DNA of 59,352 nucleotides, taken from Macrostomum lignano (Eukaryota). Positions within the stretch are counted from its first letter, which is position 1, and the number at the start of each line of letters is the position of its first letter. A program made the translations under genes and the position numbers. The notes beneath the pieces were generated by a model. The model was not told the DNA's origin. It did no database searches and saw only the letters and a list, made by a program, of their open reading frames with translations. Below are positions 47,976 to 59,352 of this stretch, in pieces. The stretch is from contig NIVC01000868.1 in assembly GCA_002269645.1 (NCBI GenBank), forward strand, positions 364,351 to 423,702, in the 5' to 3' direction.

Positions 47976-49386
47976 ATCGCAGACGACAAGTACCCATTTA
48001 GACTAAAGTTAGGGCACAGCATGCCTGCGGCATTATGATATTGGTGAAGCCTGAAACACGAGATTTCATTTTACTGTTGTTTACGAGCATCGTGTGCAAT
48101 TAATTCACTCCGAGTTGTGGCAGGCTTAGGAGATACAATAGAAATGTCTAGTCTTCTCTATACTAGTAGCTACGAGCTACTTCTATCTAGCCTAATTTAT
48201 CTCTCAGAAAGCTGGGCGCTTTTATCTTTGCTTTGACATTCCAATTCAATGCTCCAGAGCCATTAAAATTGTGAGCCTCAGGCATTTGCAGTGGGCAGCA
48301 GGGAGTCTTATATGGTTGTATCTGCGGGCGAGAGACCAAATGGATAATTCCATGCATTAGGCGGGTCTGCACAGCTGCACGTGCTGCACTTAGCTGTCGT
48401 CCAGGCCTTACGTGTTATTCGCTCTAAAGCGTGCCTTTTTTAAACAAAGTGTAGAAGCAGTTATCATTTCTTAGAAACTCTAGTTTTAAAATTACGCGAA
48501 AATTATATGTTTGTTTTAATTTGCAAAATATTTTGAGTTGGAAAATTTGTTATAAATATACGCGATTTTTTGTATAAATAGGGGCAAATTTTAGGGAAAA
48601 AAAGATAACTTGTTCGCAGCTTGCACTCGTTCGCTTGCTAACGAAGCTTCAAAGCTTATAAGCTTCAAAACGTGTTCACTAAAAATCGCTCTTAGATTCC
48701 TTAAATCATTTTACAGTAAGAGATTCCAAGAAGCATTCAGAGAAATTCGGGAGTATCTGCAAAGAGAGTATCTGTTTAGAGTAGACGCCGTGACCCTCTA
48801 ATCTCGGTAACGCCCAGACTGGAGAATAGTACGTGTACCAGTAAGACCGCTCAGGCCAAGAGTACATAGACGCTACCAGACTTATACTTAGAACGCTACC
48901 AGAACGCTACCAGACTCACACGAAGAAAAGGTAGAACAATAGGGTTAATTAAATAGAAAGTTAGACCTGCAACAACTTTGGTGGCATTAGTAGAATTATT
49001 TATTAAGACAGAAGCAACCCCTGCGACAACTTTGGGGTATTACGAGCGTATTAAGAGGGAAGTAAGCCCTAGGACAAAAGTAACGAGGAATCACGGAAAC
49101 ACGGTGTTTTTTCAATGTCATCTATTGAAGTTTGCGCATAAGTCAAGTAGATAATCTGAAAATGATATTGAATCTACCGGGAATGACGTAATCAACCCCT
49201 CCTGAATTCAGCAGAAGAATAAGCAGTTATTTCTAACTACTGGCACCGGTGGTCGTTGCGCTTCTCATTTGCGACTGAAGGCTACTTGGTGCTGAGCTAA
49301 AATTCGGGCTTCTGCTGCCTTTGAACTTCTTTAAAATGAGAACTCAAAATTATCTGCTATGCCTGACACTGCATGACTGCATTGTC

Positions 49387-50012
49387 GCTTGGAGTGCCTG
49401 TCTTGTTGGAGTGCCTGTCTTGTTGGAGTGGCTGTCTTGTTGGAGTGCCTGTCTTGTTGGAGTGGCTGTCTTGTTGGAGTGCCTGTCTTGTTGGAGTGCC
49501 TGTCTTGTTGGAGTGCCTGTCTTGTTGGAGTGCCTGTCTTGTTGGAGTGGCTGTCTTGTTGGAGTGCCTGTCTTGTTGGAGTGCCTGTCTTGTTGGAGTG
49601 CCTGTCTTGTTGGAGTGCCTGTCTTGTTGGAGTGCCTGTCTTGTTGGAGTGCCTGTCTTGTTGGAGTGCCTGTCTTGTTGGAGTGGCTGTCTTGTTGGAG
49701 TGCCTGTCTTGTTGGAGTGCCTGTCTTGTTGGAGTGCCTGTCTTGTTGGAGTGCCTGTCTTGTTGGAGTGCCTGTCTTGTTGGAGTGCCTGTCTTGTTGG
49801 AGTGCCTGTCTTGTTGGAGTGCCTGTCTTGTTGGAGTGCCTGTCTTGTTGGAGTGCCTGTCTTGTTGGAGTGCCTGTCTTGTTGGAGTGCCTGTCTTGTT
49901 GGAGTGCCTGTCTTGTTGGAGTGCCTGTCTTGTTGGAGTGCCTGTCTTGTTGGAGTGCCTGTCTTGTTGGAGTGCCTGTCTTGTTGGAGTGCCTGTCTTG
50001 TTGGAGTGCCTG
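49387..50012. repeat. Minisatellite, 17 bp unit (GGAGTGCCTGTCTTGTT), ~36 copies
   Basis: Direct, highly homogeneous tandem repetition. Confidence 0.97.
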
Positions 50013-50683
50013 TTTGTTTCGAATAGGCCAATTTTTTACTTTATGCTTATAATTTTGTAACTGTTGCAGTTTCTATTGCTCTCCTGATTTATTTGATAGC
50101 TAGCAATATTTTTACACAGTTAAAGCGTAACGGGTACATTTTCAAGTATTCTGAAAATTCAAGATTTAGTTGGCATGTCATGCGGTTTCTCAACTGACAA
50201 AGCATAGTAAAATTTAAATATAAAGGACTGAATCTTCACATCCACACATGTGTTTCCTCACACTTCTGCTCATAGAAGTTCACGCTGATGAGCTGGTGGA
50301 TTCGCCACTGCAAGTTTGTCGCTCGTGGGTAAGCGCCAACTTGTTCATGACTGAAGCCAGCAGCTGTTGGTCTTCACCACGCCGCAAATATTGTGCTAGC
50401 GAATATTTGTAAGCCAAAATGGCTAATATTGTACAACAGAAAACCAGCCAGGGACCACTGCCACTGCTGTCAATCTAAAAGCAAAGCACGAAGTACGAGC
50501 TATGCTTCAGAAAATTTGCAGAAGTATCTCGAAACTGTCTCCGAATACATGGAAACAACTACGTTCACGGTTCAGTATATTTTATTATCGAACCGAAATT
50601 TAATTCGCAATGTTGGTACCCAATTAGATTATGTTCTTTTCAATAATTCATAAACGTGCACTCAATTTTCAAGGCAGTTTCCT

Positions 50684-52168
50684 TCAAAACTTTGAGAAGA
50701 ATTCCGTCACCATGTTCATAACCTTCTCAAAAAACATCAGACCAACGTGCGTGAACCAGGAGAAGTCGGACCCCAGACTGGACATTTTCAAAATGAACGG
50801 CAGATAGTCAGTCGACCCATTGTTGGGCTGCGGCCGGATCTGCAGCAGGTGGCACATCAGACCGTAGATGTCCACCTGGCGGAAACTTTTTCGTCTGTTG
50901 CCGTCAATAAGGAAATTGTGATGGAAACTGGGCCCAACGGCGAACATCGGCACCCGCATGTCGCTGTAGCTGTTGTCGAAGCCGTGGTGACCGGCACTTA
51001 CTGGCTTGGTATCCTTGCTGGTCAGCACCAGGTATCCCTGGTCGGGCAGCACGAGCACCTCGGGCGTCCTGCGGTTTTTGGCGTAGTGGAATCGCTCCGG
51101 CAGACTGTCCTTGTCGAACACGCGCATGGACAGGTTGCGCTGGCGCACCTGGTTGTTGAGGTACTCCACCAGCTGCTTCCGCTTACCCGGCTTGGCATTC
51201 ATGGCCAGCAGCGGTCCGCTGTCCAGGACTCGGTCTACGAGCTCGTCCAAGCTGCTGTCCAGGTGGATCACCTTGCTAGGCGTCATGCCCATCATGCCTG
51301 AAAATGTTTTAAAACAGACGCACGATAAAGCCTGATCATATTTTTTAGATTCGAAAAATATATTTTTATCGGTGTCTAAAATACCTACGAATATGACCAA
51401 TCCTATATACTAAAAATTGTTTTCTAAAGATGGTTTCTGTCCAGAAAAAAGATGGCTCTCACCGTGGTCAGACACGATCAGGACGTTGACTTTATTGGAG
51501 AATTTCTTCGCTTTGAGACCTTCGAATAGCGAGCGGATAGTGTCGTCAACTTTCTTTAGGGCCTCTTGGACCTGCTTTGACTTTGGACCGAACTTATGAC
51601 CAGAACTGTCGGGCTCATTTAGGTACATTGTGGCCATCTGCACGTCCTTCTCGGTGATCCACTCCAGCACGGTGCTCACCCGGGTCTCAAAGCTCACACT
51701 TCCGCTGTAGTTGAACCAGTAGTCCTGACGAACGCCCTTGAACGAGACCTCGCTGCCGGGCCAGAAGAACGTGGCCGACTTCAGTCCCTGCTTCTTCGCG
51801 TTGATCCAGATCGGCTCGGATGCGTTCCACCAGCGCTCATCTCGAGTGCCCTTGTTGAAGGAGGCGTTGAACAGCGGGTCGTACATGCTGTTGCCGACGA
51901 TGCCGTGGCTCTCCTGGTAGAGTCCCGTGGCGATGGTCCAGTGGTTGGGGAAGGTCTTTGTGGCAAAGGCCGGCTTCATGGACTTGACGTGCACGCCCTG
52001 CTTGATGAGCGACCTCAGGAACTGCGTCTCGTTGGGGTACCAGTTGAGGTAGTCGTAGCGGAAGCCGTCGCAGGAGACCAGGACCAGCGGGTATCGGGCT
52101 GGGCTGGCCGCCGATGCGCAGGCAGCGGCGCAGAGCAGAGCGAGAGCGGCGAGGCCAATCGACTGCAT
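50684..52168 (-). CDS. ENPP4/5-like: ENPP4/5-like ectonucleotide pyrophosphatase/phosphodiesterase, copy 2 (439 aa; in-frame upstream ATG at 52195); exons 52168-51463, 51297-50684
   Basis: Same catalytic motifs and intron position as copy 1; different C-terminus. Confidence 0.93.
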
Positions 52169-54368
52169 TTCGAATCCGGCAGAGCAGAACACCATGGCTT
52201 TTAAATTATGCGTAGGTGAGTATTATATAGCGATTCTCAAGCGAGTCGGCTTCCATGAAGCCATGCTGTAGCCATATCAGTTTTTGTTTGATTGCGAATT
52301 TGCGCAGCGCTTCTTCGATTCGACTGAAGGCAAAATGCGCATACAGCTAGATATTCCTGTCAAGAATTTTTTGCATTTGGGGATCTTTTCTACACAAATA
52401 ATGTCTTGTGGAATGTGTTGAGCCTCATGAAAATTTGTGGCATGAGCTCTATTCGTCAGTCCATGAGTTGCAAAATTTTCGATTTCCTATGGATACTAGA
52501 CTCTTGGCGCTCATACCCCTTTGCAAATTCATTATGGGACAGAATTCATGCTCTGCTGTTTACTTTTTTCTGCTTTTTGGAACGCGCCTTACGAGTATCT
52601 TCCTTGAATTGCACATTTAAACGACTTGTCTTTCGTCTGAGGAGCGAATTTAGCTGCGTGGTTGAATATTAAATGCTGCTTGACGTGTTTTTCTTCATTT
52701 TTGTCTGGTACAAAAGCGTTGAAAAAAACAGGCTAATAGTGAATTAAACTACAGGCAGTTAAGATGTCTTCATTTTGACAGCCGTGGCAAATGTTTTTGG
52801 TAGATTTTGCACTTGCAGCACAAAAAAGCACCAAGCCAAACTGATTTCTTGGAGATGATTTTCAAACCAAAAACTCGTAGACTAGTCGTACCCGATAGCA
52901 TTTTTCGTATTGCTGTTGACCTTGTCTTTCGAAAGCTATCAATATTAAGCCAAGGCCATGCAAACAAGGCTATAGGAGTCAACTAGCTCGTAGTCTATTG
53001 GTTGGAACAGAGCATGATGGCCGTTTTTCTGCTGTAATTGATCAATCAATAGCGCTCGCTCGATTTAGTCTGGCTACAAAATTCGGCGCTTATCTTAATC
53101 TATTTTGGTTCTCAACTAGCAAACTCATTCGTTATAGAAACTTGATTCGCCCTCTCTGACTTTGCTGAGTCTCCTCTTCGATCGATCGAGATTTCAACTG
53201 TCCATGTGCCACTTTTCTGCTGTAGTCTCTGACACAACAGACGAGATCGTCTGGAAAGACACATGGCTGACTGAACCGTGACAGTAAAATGGTAGTTTAA
53301 AACCTGTTTAAAAGCGGGTTAATTTTTTTGACAGATCAGTTCCTCTTATATGACACATGTACTGTACATTTGTTTTACCAAGAATGCCAAGAATTACCAT
53401 TTAGGCTCTACACTTTTTACTGCGAATACAGGTGTTGTACAGGTGTTGTACATGTCTTCTTCTAATGCACACGAGAGGTTTTTTCAGAAGTTCTGACTTT
53501 TGCGCACGATTTACGAGTTCGATCTAATTTTTATGTGTCGGACCAAGTGCTTTACTCGTATTAAATAGAACCCGGCTCCCTCAGCCCGAGCGTCACGCCC
53601 TTAAGAACAGTTTCCAGCGGGCCAAGCCAACTAATGGAGTTGACACACCCATACCAACCAGCCCGGCTGCTACCAGATCCTAAAGGGCGGCTGAAGCGGC
53701 CTGCGGTGAACTCGGGCCATTCAGCTCAACGGCCTTCTAAGCCCTTGATCAAGGCTTGTCAGGCGGTAGCATAAAAATCAATCACGTAATGCTCAGGCAG
53801 CTCCAACTCCTGTCAGATAGTCACCCCAGCTTTAAGGTTGCATACGAGTTAGATTATGGTTACATAGGTTGCATATAGATCGCGAGGAGCAAGGACCACT
53901 AGTGAAACAGCTTAGGACGTAAAACTCAAGGATCGTGTATTTTAAAGAGGCAAACTTCCCGGAAAAGAAATACACTGCGGCGGAGATAGAAAAACTTTTT
54001 ATAACATAGTCTATGATTTAATTTGATCTGGGACAGTAGAGATTTCAATTCTTTAAATTTAAGGCCCTAGGCCTAGCAAGCTCAACATATTACTCTCTAT
54101 TGTATTTTAGATAGTTGTATAGTGAAAGTTTTATTAACTTCATGTTTTTTTATTCCATAAAACCCAAGCCAAAGTTGTAGTCACGCCCTTAAGTCACGCC
54201 CTTTGTCTACAATTGTAGACAAACAATTGGCACAAAAAAATTTTTGTTTCGTTCCTTTTTTAATTGAATCAAGTATATTTGTAATACATTTGTTGCATGC
54301 AGGTACTCTTAGCCTTAAGCAAAACCTTGGCTTTAAAATGAATAGCTTTCTAAAGACTATAAAAACAA

Positions 54369-54476
54369 GGGGTGCTGACCAGTTCGGCGACAAACTAATT
54401 CGGCGACAGAGATTCACAATGGACTAATTCGGCGAAAGCAAATTCGGCGACAATCTAGGCAAATTCGGCAACAATT
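54369..54476. repeat. Short array of AATTCGGCGACA-like motifs (probable single arm of a foldback element)
   Basis: Five TTCGGC(G/A) motifs; no opposite arm found. Confidence 0.35.
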
Positions 54477-54708
54477 GCGTATGATTTGAATAATTCTTTT
54501 TGTAGAATGGTATTCTATAATGCAGGTTAACTTTCCCTTTTTAACTAAGTTTGTTTTATCTATCATTTATTCTTATCAGTGAGTTTTAAGTCCTTTCCAA
54601 GAAATGTTCCCGCGTTAATTTCAGGCTTGAGCGGCCGATCGTAAACAAAAACCTTTGGGACTTGGAAAAAACGAGAAAAGTTATTTTAAACAAGTAGGCC
54701 CCTACTGG

Positions 54709-54887
54709 TAGGGGCATAGGGAGGGGGGGTGTATCCGCCTGAAGAGCCTGACCAAAACTTTTTTTGCCCTTTGTTGCTATACATGCTACCATGTGACTCT
54801 GTCATAGCACTTTTACCTTGGTGTATCCCCCCGTAGAAAATTCACCTTGGTATACACCCCGTGGGAAATTCCTGGCCATGCCCCCTG
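54709..54887. mobile_element. hAT-type MITE (179 bp)
   Basis: Ends TAGGGGCAT...ATGCCCCCTG, with an exact 8-bp TSD CCTACTGG at 54701-54708 and 54888-54895. Confidence 0.7.
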
Positions 54888-56088
54888 CCTACTGGCCTAC
54901 CTAGGCCTATTATAAAAAATGAAATTGGTAGGCCTAGGCTAGGCTTAGCTTAACCATTGTCTACATATAAGTTATTTTATTTAGACTTATGCATGTCTAG
55001 GAATAGCTAATAATATGCATTTAAATACTTGATTCATAAAATAACAAAATAAATTGGTTGCTTAATAAAGTGTTTTAACAGGTCAAGCATAGGCCATAGA
55101 TTAGGCCTTAAAGAAATTGGATAAATAAATAAGTTGTGATAGCAAGTATTTGTAAGGCAAAAAACACTACTTTTTGGCATTACAAAACTAGCCTATAAAA
55201 ATTAAATAAAAAAGTTTGTTCTTTCTTTGCATCTTTGGTCATTGACATTGCCATTAATGTTAACAATGAATTTGTTATTAATTCACAAAATTATTAATGC
55301 TAATTCATTAATCTGTTAGTTCAAAAAATCTTAATGGTAGTCTATTATTAATACTATAGTATTAATGTTAATGAAAAATCTTAACACTTATTAACGCTTA
55401 TTAATAGACTGGTGCCTAACACTGCAAGTAGCCATTAGTAGTTGACTTAGACCACCTAATTCTCTCTGATTAGGTAATACCTTACCCTTATATTATTTTG
55501 CTTTTTCTCATAGGCCCTATTTAAGTAATTGTGCTACTTTGTATTTTTATCTTGGCCTTGCCCAATATTGTATAAGCTATCAAACTAATAGATCCAATTA
55601 TGCCAAAATTTTGCATAGCCAAGCTACTACTTCTATAATTGCCTATTGGCATAGTAGCTATGGCTGATTTCCATTTCCAAAAAAAATTATCTATCATTAA
55701 AATTATACTAAAGCATAAGGCAAATATACTATTAGCAATTAGAGTATGCATTTCTATAATTTTTATGCACAGATATTTATTAGAGCATAGGCCTAGTTTT
55801 TATATGCTAATATTCAGAAATTGTGTCACAATTGGGAAAAACAGTTGTCAATCAATCACTTTGCCAATAGTGTAGACTTTGTTATGCATATTGCTCAATA
55901 GTCTATTGAATAGAAATGGCTATGCAAGTCTAATTAGTGGTACCTATACCACCATAACATACTCTAGTGATATGAATTTGGGCTATAAAATTTTATAGAG
56001 TTAATGTTTTCCAACTTCTTTTGTAAACACCAATAAATGCTAAAATATACTAGTAATATTCAATTAATATTTATGGACATACTGAGCA

Positions 56089-57136
56089 ATGCCTCAGCCA
56101 TTGCAGCAGCATACAGACCAAAACTGTGCCACAGCACTCTCACAGCCAGGCTTGTGGTTTTCTAAACCTACTGTTAATCCACTGAAATCTGATCTGAAGC
56201 TGGCCCCATGCACTAGTGAGCTGCAGTTCACTGCCGGCAAGTCCACTGCAGCCAAATCCAACAGTGCACCAACAGCCTCCTGCCACTGCTTCTTGGCTGA
56301 GATTTGCCAGCTGCACCCCAATTCTGTCTTCGACTGCAAGGATTTGGCCTTGTGAGCATATTGAAGTGGCACAAGAGAGTAGATAGAGAGATTGTGATGG
56401 AAGGAGAGAGTAGATGGAGAGATGGTGATGGGAGGGAGAGAGAGAGTAGATGGAGAGATTGTGATGGGAGGGAGAGAGAGTAGATGGAGAGATTGTGATG
56501 GGAGGAGAGAGTAGATGGAGAGATTGTGATGGGAGGAGAGAGTAGATGGAGAGATTGTGATGGGAGGGAGAGAGAGAGTAGATAGAGAGATGGGGACGGG
56601 AAGAGAGAGTAGATGGAGACATGGTGATGGGAGGGGAGTCATAGGGTGGTTGCCATCACGCCAACACCCGCCCCGCCGCCCGCAGGCGCTCGTGACTGTA
56701 GAGCTGGACGTGTCGCCCGGCTCCTGCAGGCAGGAGGCGTGGCAGCTGATAAACTCAGAGGTGGCCGCTGGCTGCACCCTCGCGTCCATCAACGCCAGCC
56801 GACTGTCCAGCGGCCGAGTGCTGGTCAGGCCGGAGCTGTCCGCCGTGCTGCCGCTGACGCTGAGTCACGTGACCCACCTGTCCGACATCATCGCCGGCTG
56901 CTCGGTGCGGCTGTGCTGGCAGTGCCGCCACCGCAGGCGGGGAGGCCCCCTGCTGCGCTGCGCCCGCTGCCGCTACGCCCGTACTGCGGCCCGCCTGCCA
57001 GGCCGAGGACTGGCGCCGCCACCGTTTGGAGTGCGGCTCGGCCGTGCGCACCGTGGCCAGGCTGGTCTGCTTCAACTATGCCGGGCCTGAGCCGCCCTTC
57101 AACCCCTTCTATGCCTTTGTGTCTGACCTTGCCTGA
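56089..57136 (+). CDS. MYND zinc-finger protein (exon ~56089-56351, exon 56686-57136), with frame disruptions
   Basis: CWQC..LLRCARCRYAR-YCGP-ACQAEDWRRHRLEC is recovered by restoring two single bases near 56980-56995. Upstream CFLAEI and VLPLTLSHVTHLSD motifs; splice phases do not match as assembled. Confidence 0.55.
56385..56635. repeat. Purine-rich intronic minisatellite, ~28-32 bp unit (GAGAGTAGATGGAGAGATTGTGATGGGAGG)
   Basis: About 7-8 direct copies. Confidence 0.85.
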
Positions 57137-59352
57137 CTATCCCTGCCGCCTGACCTGACTCTCCCTGCCGCCTGACTCTCCCTGCCGTCTGACTCTCCCT
57201 GCCGCCTGACCTGACTCTCCCTGCCGCCTGACCTGACTCTCCCTGCCGCCTGACCTGACTCTCCCTGCCGCCTGACCTGACTCTCCCTGCCGTCTGACTC
57301 TCCCTTTCGTCTGGCTCCCTGTCGTCTGACTCTGCCGCCTGACTCTCCCTGCCACCTGACTCTCCCTGCCACCTGACTCCCTGCCACCCGACTCTCCCTG
57401 CCACCTGACTCCCTGCCACCCGACTCTCCCTGCCACCTGACTCCCTGCCACCCGACTCTCCCTGCCACCTGACTCCCTGCCACCCGACTCTCCCTGCCAC
57501 CCGACTCTCCCTGCCACCTGACTCCCTGCCACCCGACTCTCCCTGCCACCTGACTCCCTGCCACCCGACTCTCCCTGCCACCTGACTCCCTGCCACCCGA
57601 CTCTCCCTGCCACCCGACTCTCCCTGCCACCTGACTCTCCCTGCCACCCGACTCTCCCTGCCACCTGACTCCTGCCACCCGACTCTCCCTGCCACCTGAC
57701 TCCCTGCCACCCGACTCTCCTGCCACCTGACTCCCTGCCACCCGACTCTCCCTGCCGCCTGACCTGACTCTCCCTGCCACCTGACTCCCTGCCACCCGAC
57801 TCTCCCTGCCACCTGACTCCCTGCCACCCGACTCTCCCTGCCACCTGACTCCCTGCCACCCGACTCTCCCTGCCACCCGACTCTCCCTGCCACCTGACTC
57901 TCCCTGCCACCCGACTCTCCCTGCCACCTGACTCCCTGCCACCCGACTCTCCCTGCCACCCGACTCTCCTGCCACCTGACTCCCTGCCACCCGACTCTCC
58001 CTGCCACCTGACTCCCTGCCACCCGACTCTCCCTGCCGCCTGACCTGACTCTCCCTGCCGCCTGACTCTCCCTGCCGCCTGACCTGACTCTCCCTGCCGT
58101 CTGACTCTCCCTTTCGTCTGGCTCCCTGTCGTCTGACTCTGCCGCCTGACTCTCCCTGCCACCTGACTCTCCCTGCCACCCGACTCTCCCTGCCACCCGA
58201 CTCTCCCTGCCACCTGACTCTCCCTGCCACCCGACTCTCCCTGCCACCGACTCTCCCTGCCACTGACTCTCCCTGCCACCCGACTCTCCCTGCCACCCGA
58301 CTCTCCTGCCACCTGACTCTCCCTGCCACCTGACTCTCCCTGCCACCCGACTCTCCCTGCCGCCTGACCTGACTCTCCCTGCCGCCTGACCTGACTCTCC
58401 TGCCGTCTGACTCTCCCTTTCGTCTGGCTCCCTGTCGTCTGACTCTGCCGCCTGACTCTCCTGCCACCTGACTCTCCTGCCACCCGACTCTCCTGCCGCC
58501 TGACCTGACTCTCCCTGCCGCCTGACCTGACTCTCCTGCCGTCTGACTCTCCCTTTCGTCTGGCTCCCTGTCGTCTCACTCTGCCGCCTGACTCTCCCTG
58601 CCACCTGACTCTCCCTGCCACCCGACTCTCCCTGCCACCCGACTCTCCCTGCCACCTGACTCTCCCTGCCACCCGACTCTCCCTGCCACCTGACTCTCCC
58701 TGCCACCCGACTCTCCCTGCCACCCGACTCTCCCTGCCACCTGACTCTCCCTGCCACTCGACTCTCCCTGCCACCTGACTCCCTGCCACCCGACTCTCCC
58801 TGCCACCTGACTCTCCCTGCCACCTGACTCCCTGCCACCCGACTCTCCCTGCCACCTGACTCCCTGCCACCCGACTCTCCCTGCCACCTGACTCCCTGCC
58901 ACCCGACTCTCCCTGCCACTGACTCTCTGCCACCCCTCTCCTGCCACCCGACTCTCCCTGCCACTGACTCCCTGCACACCGACTCTCCTGCCACCTGACT
59001 CCCTGCCACCCGACTCCCTGCACCTGACTCCCTGCCACCCGACTCTCCCTGCCACCTGACTCCCTGCACCCGACTCTCCTGCCACCTGACTCTCCTGCCA
59101 CCCGACTCTCCCTGCCACCTGACTCCCTGCCACCCGACTCTCCCTGCCACCTGACTCCCTGCCACCCGACTCTCCCTGCCACCTGACTCCCTGCCACCCG
59201 ACTCTCCCTGCCACCTGACTCTCCCTGCACCCACTCTCCCTGCCACCTGACTCTCCCTGCCACCCGACTCCTCCTGCCACCGACTCTCCCTGCCACTGAC
59301 TCTCCTGCCACCGACTCTCCTGCCACCGACTCTCCCTGCCACCCGACTTTCC
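57135..59352. repeat. Minisatellite of 15-21 bp units (CCCTGCCACC(T/C)GACT(CT)) with higher-order blocks, running off the window end
   Basis: Direct repetition; a block containing CCCTTTCGTCTGGCTCCCTGTCGTCT recurs at ~57300, 58110, 58420 and 58555. Confidence 0.97.

Noticed and set aside
47936-48170. Complete non-autonomous Helitron ending at CTAG
   Set aside because: CTAG|T sites exist (~48148, ~48163) but no subterminal hairpin was found, so only the 5' motif is reported.
48790-49090. Short ACGCTACCAGA repeats, possible TE fragment
   Set aside because: No termini, TSD or second copy visible.
1595-59342. Long low-complexity ORFs over tandem arrays (1595-2038, 6278-6772, 11373-12587, 29174-29939, 36996-37742, 49321-50060, 57099-59342)
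   Set aside because: They are open only because the repeat units lack stops; they occur in several frames and on both strands, and lie in introns or intergenic arrays.

Overview
Eukaryotic (animal) genomic DNA with spliced genes, GC3-rich exons, short AT-rich introns and about 8 kb of minisatellite arrays. The style suggests a free-living flatworm such as Macrostomum, but that is inference only. Genes built by hand from GT-AG signals and reading frame, left to right: a PHOSPHO1/2-like HAD protein with degenerate catalytic motifs (-); a ~12-exon DUF4587/C21orf58-like gene (+); an F-box gene (+); a quiver/Ly6-like gene (-); CCDC61 (+), whose intron holds a foldback element with a gag-only Gypsy insertion; two MATE/SLC47 paralogs (-) separated by a 2.1-kb solo LTR; degraded ROCO-like exon remnants; an intronless PAN + C-type lectin gene (+); two ENPP4/5-like paralogs (-) flanking a gene with seven one-exon-per-domain F-type lectin repeats (-); and a frameshifted MYND-finger gene (+). 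The most interesting candidate system is the F-type lectin array. All seven domain exons are symmetric (phase 1-1, 408/411 nt), the fucose-binding motif is rewired, and the two type-A exons begin AG|GTAAGC, a possible recursive-splicing switch for domain number. Also notable are patchy homogenisation of the MATE and ENPP paralogs and minisatellites that may sit inside 3'UTR introns. No prokaryotic features, CRISPR arrays, rRNA or tRNA genes were seen. All family assignments come from motif recognition, not database searches.
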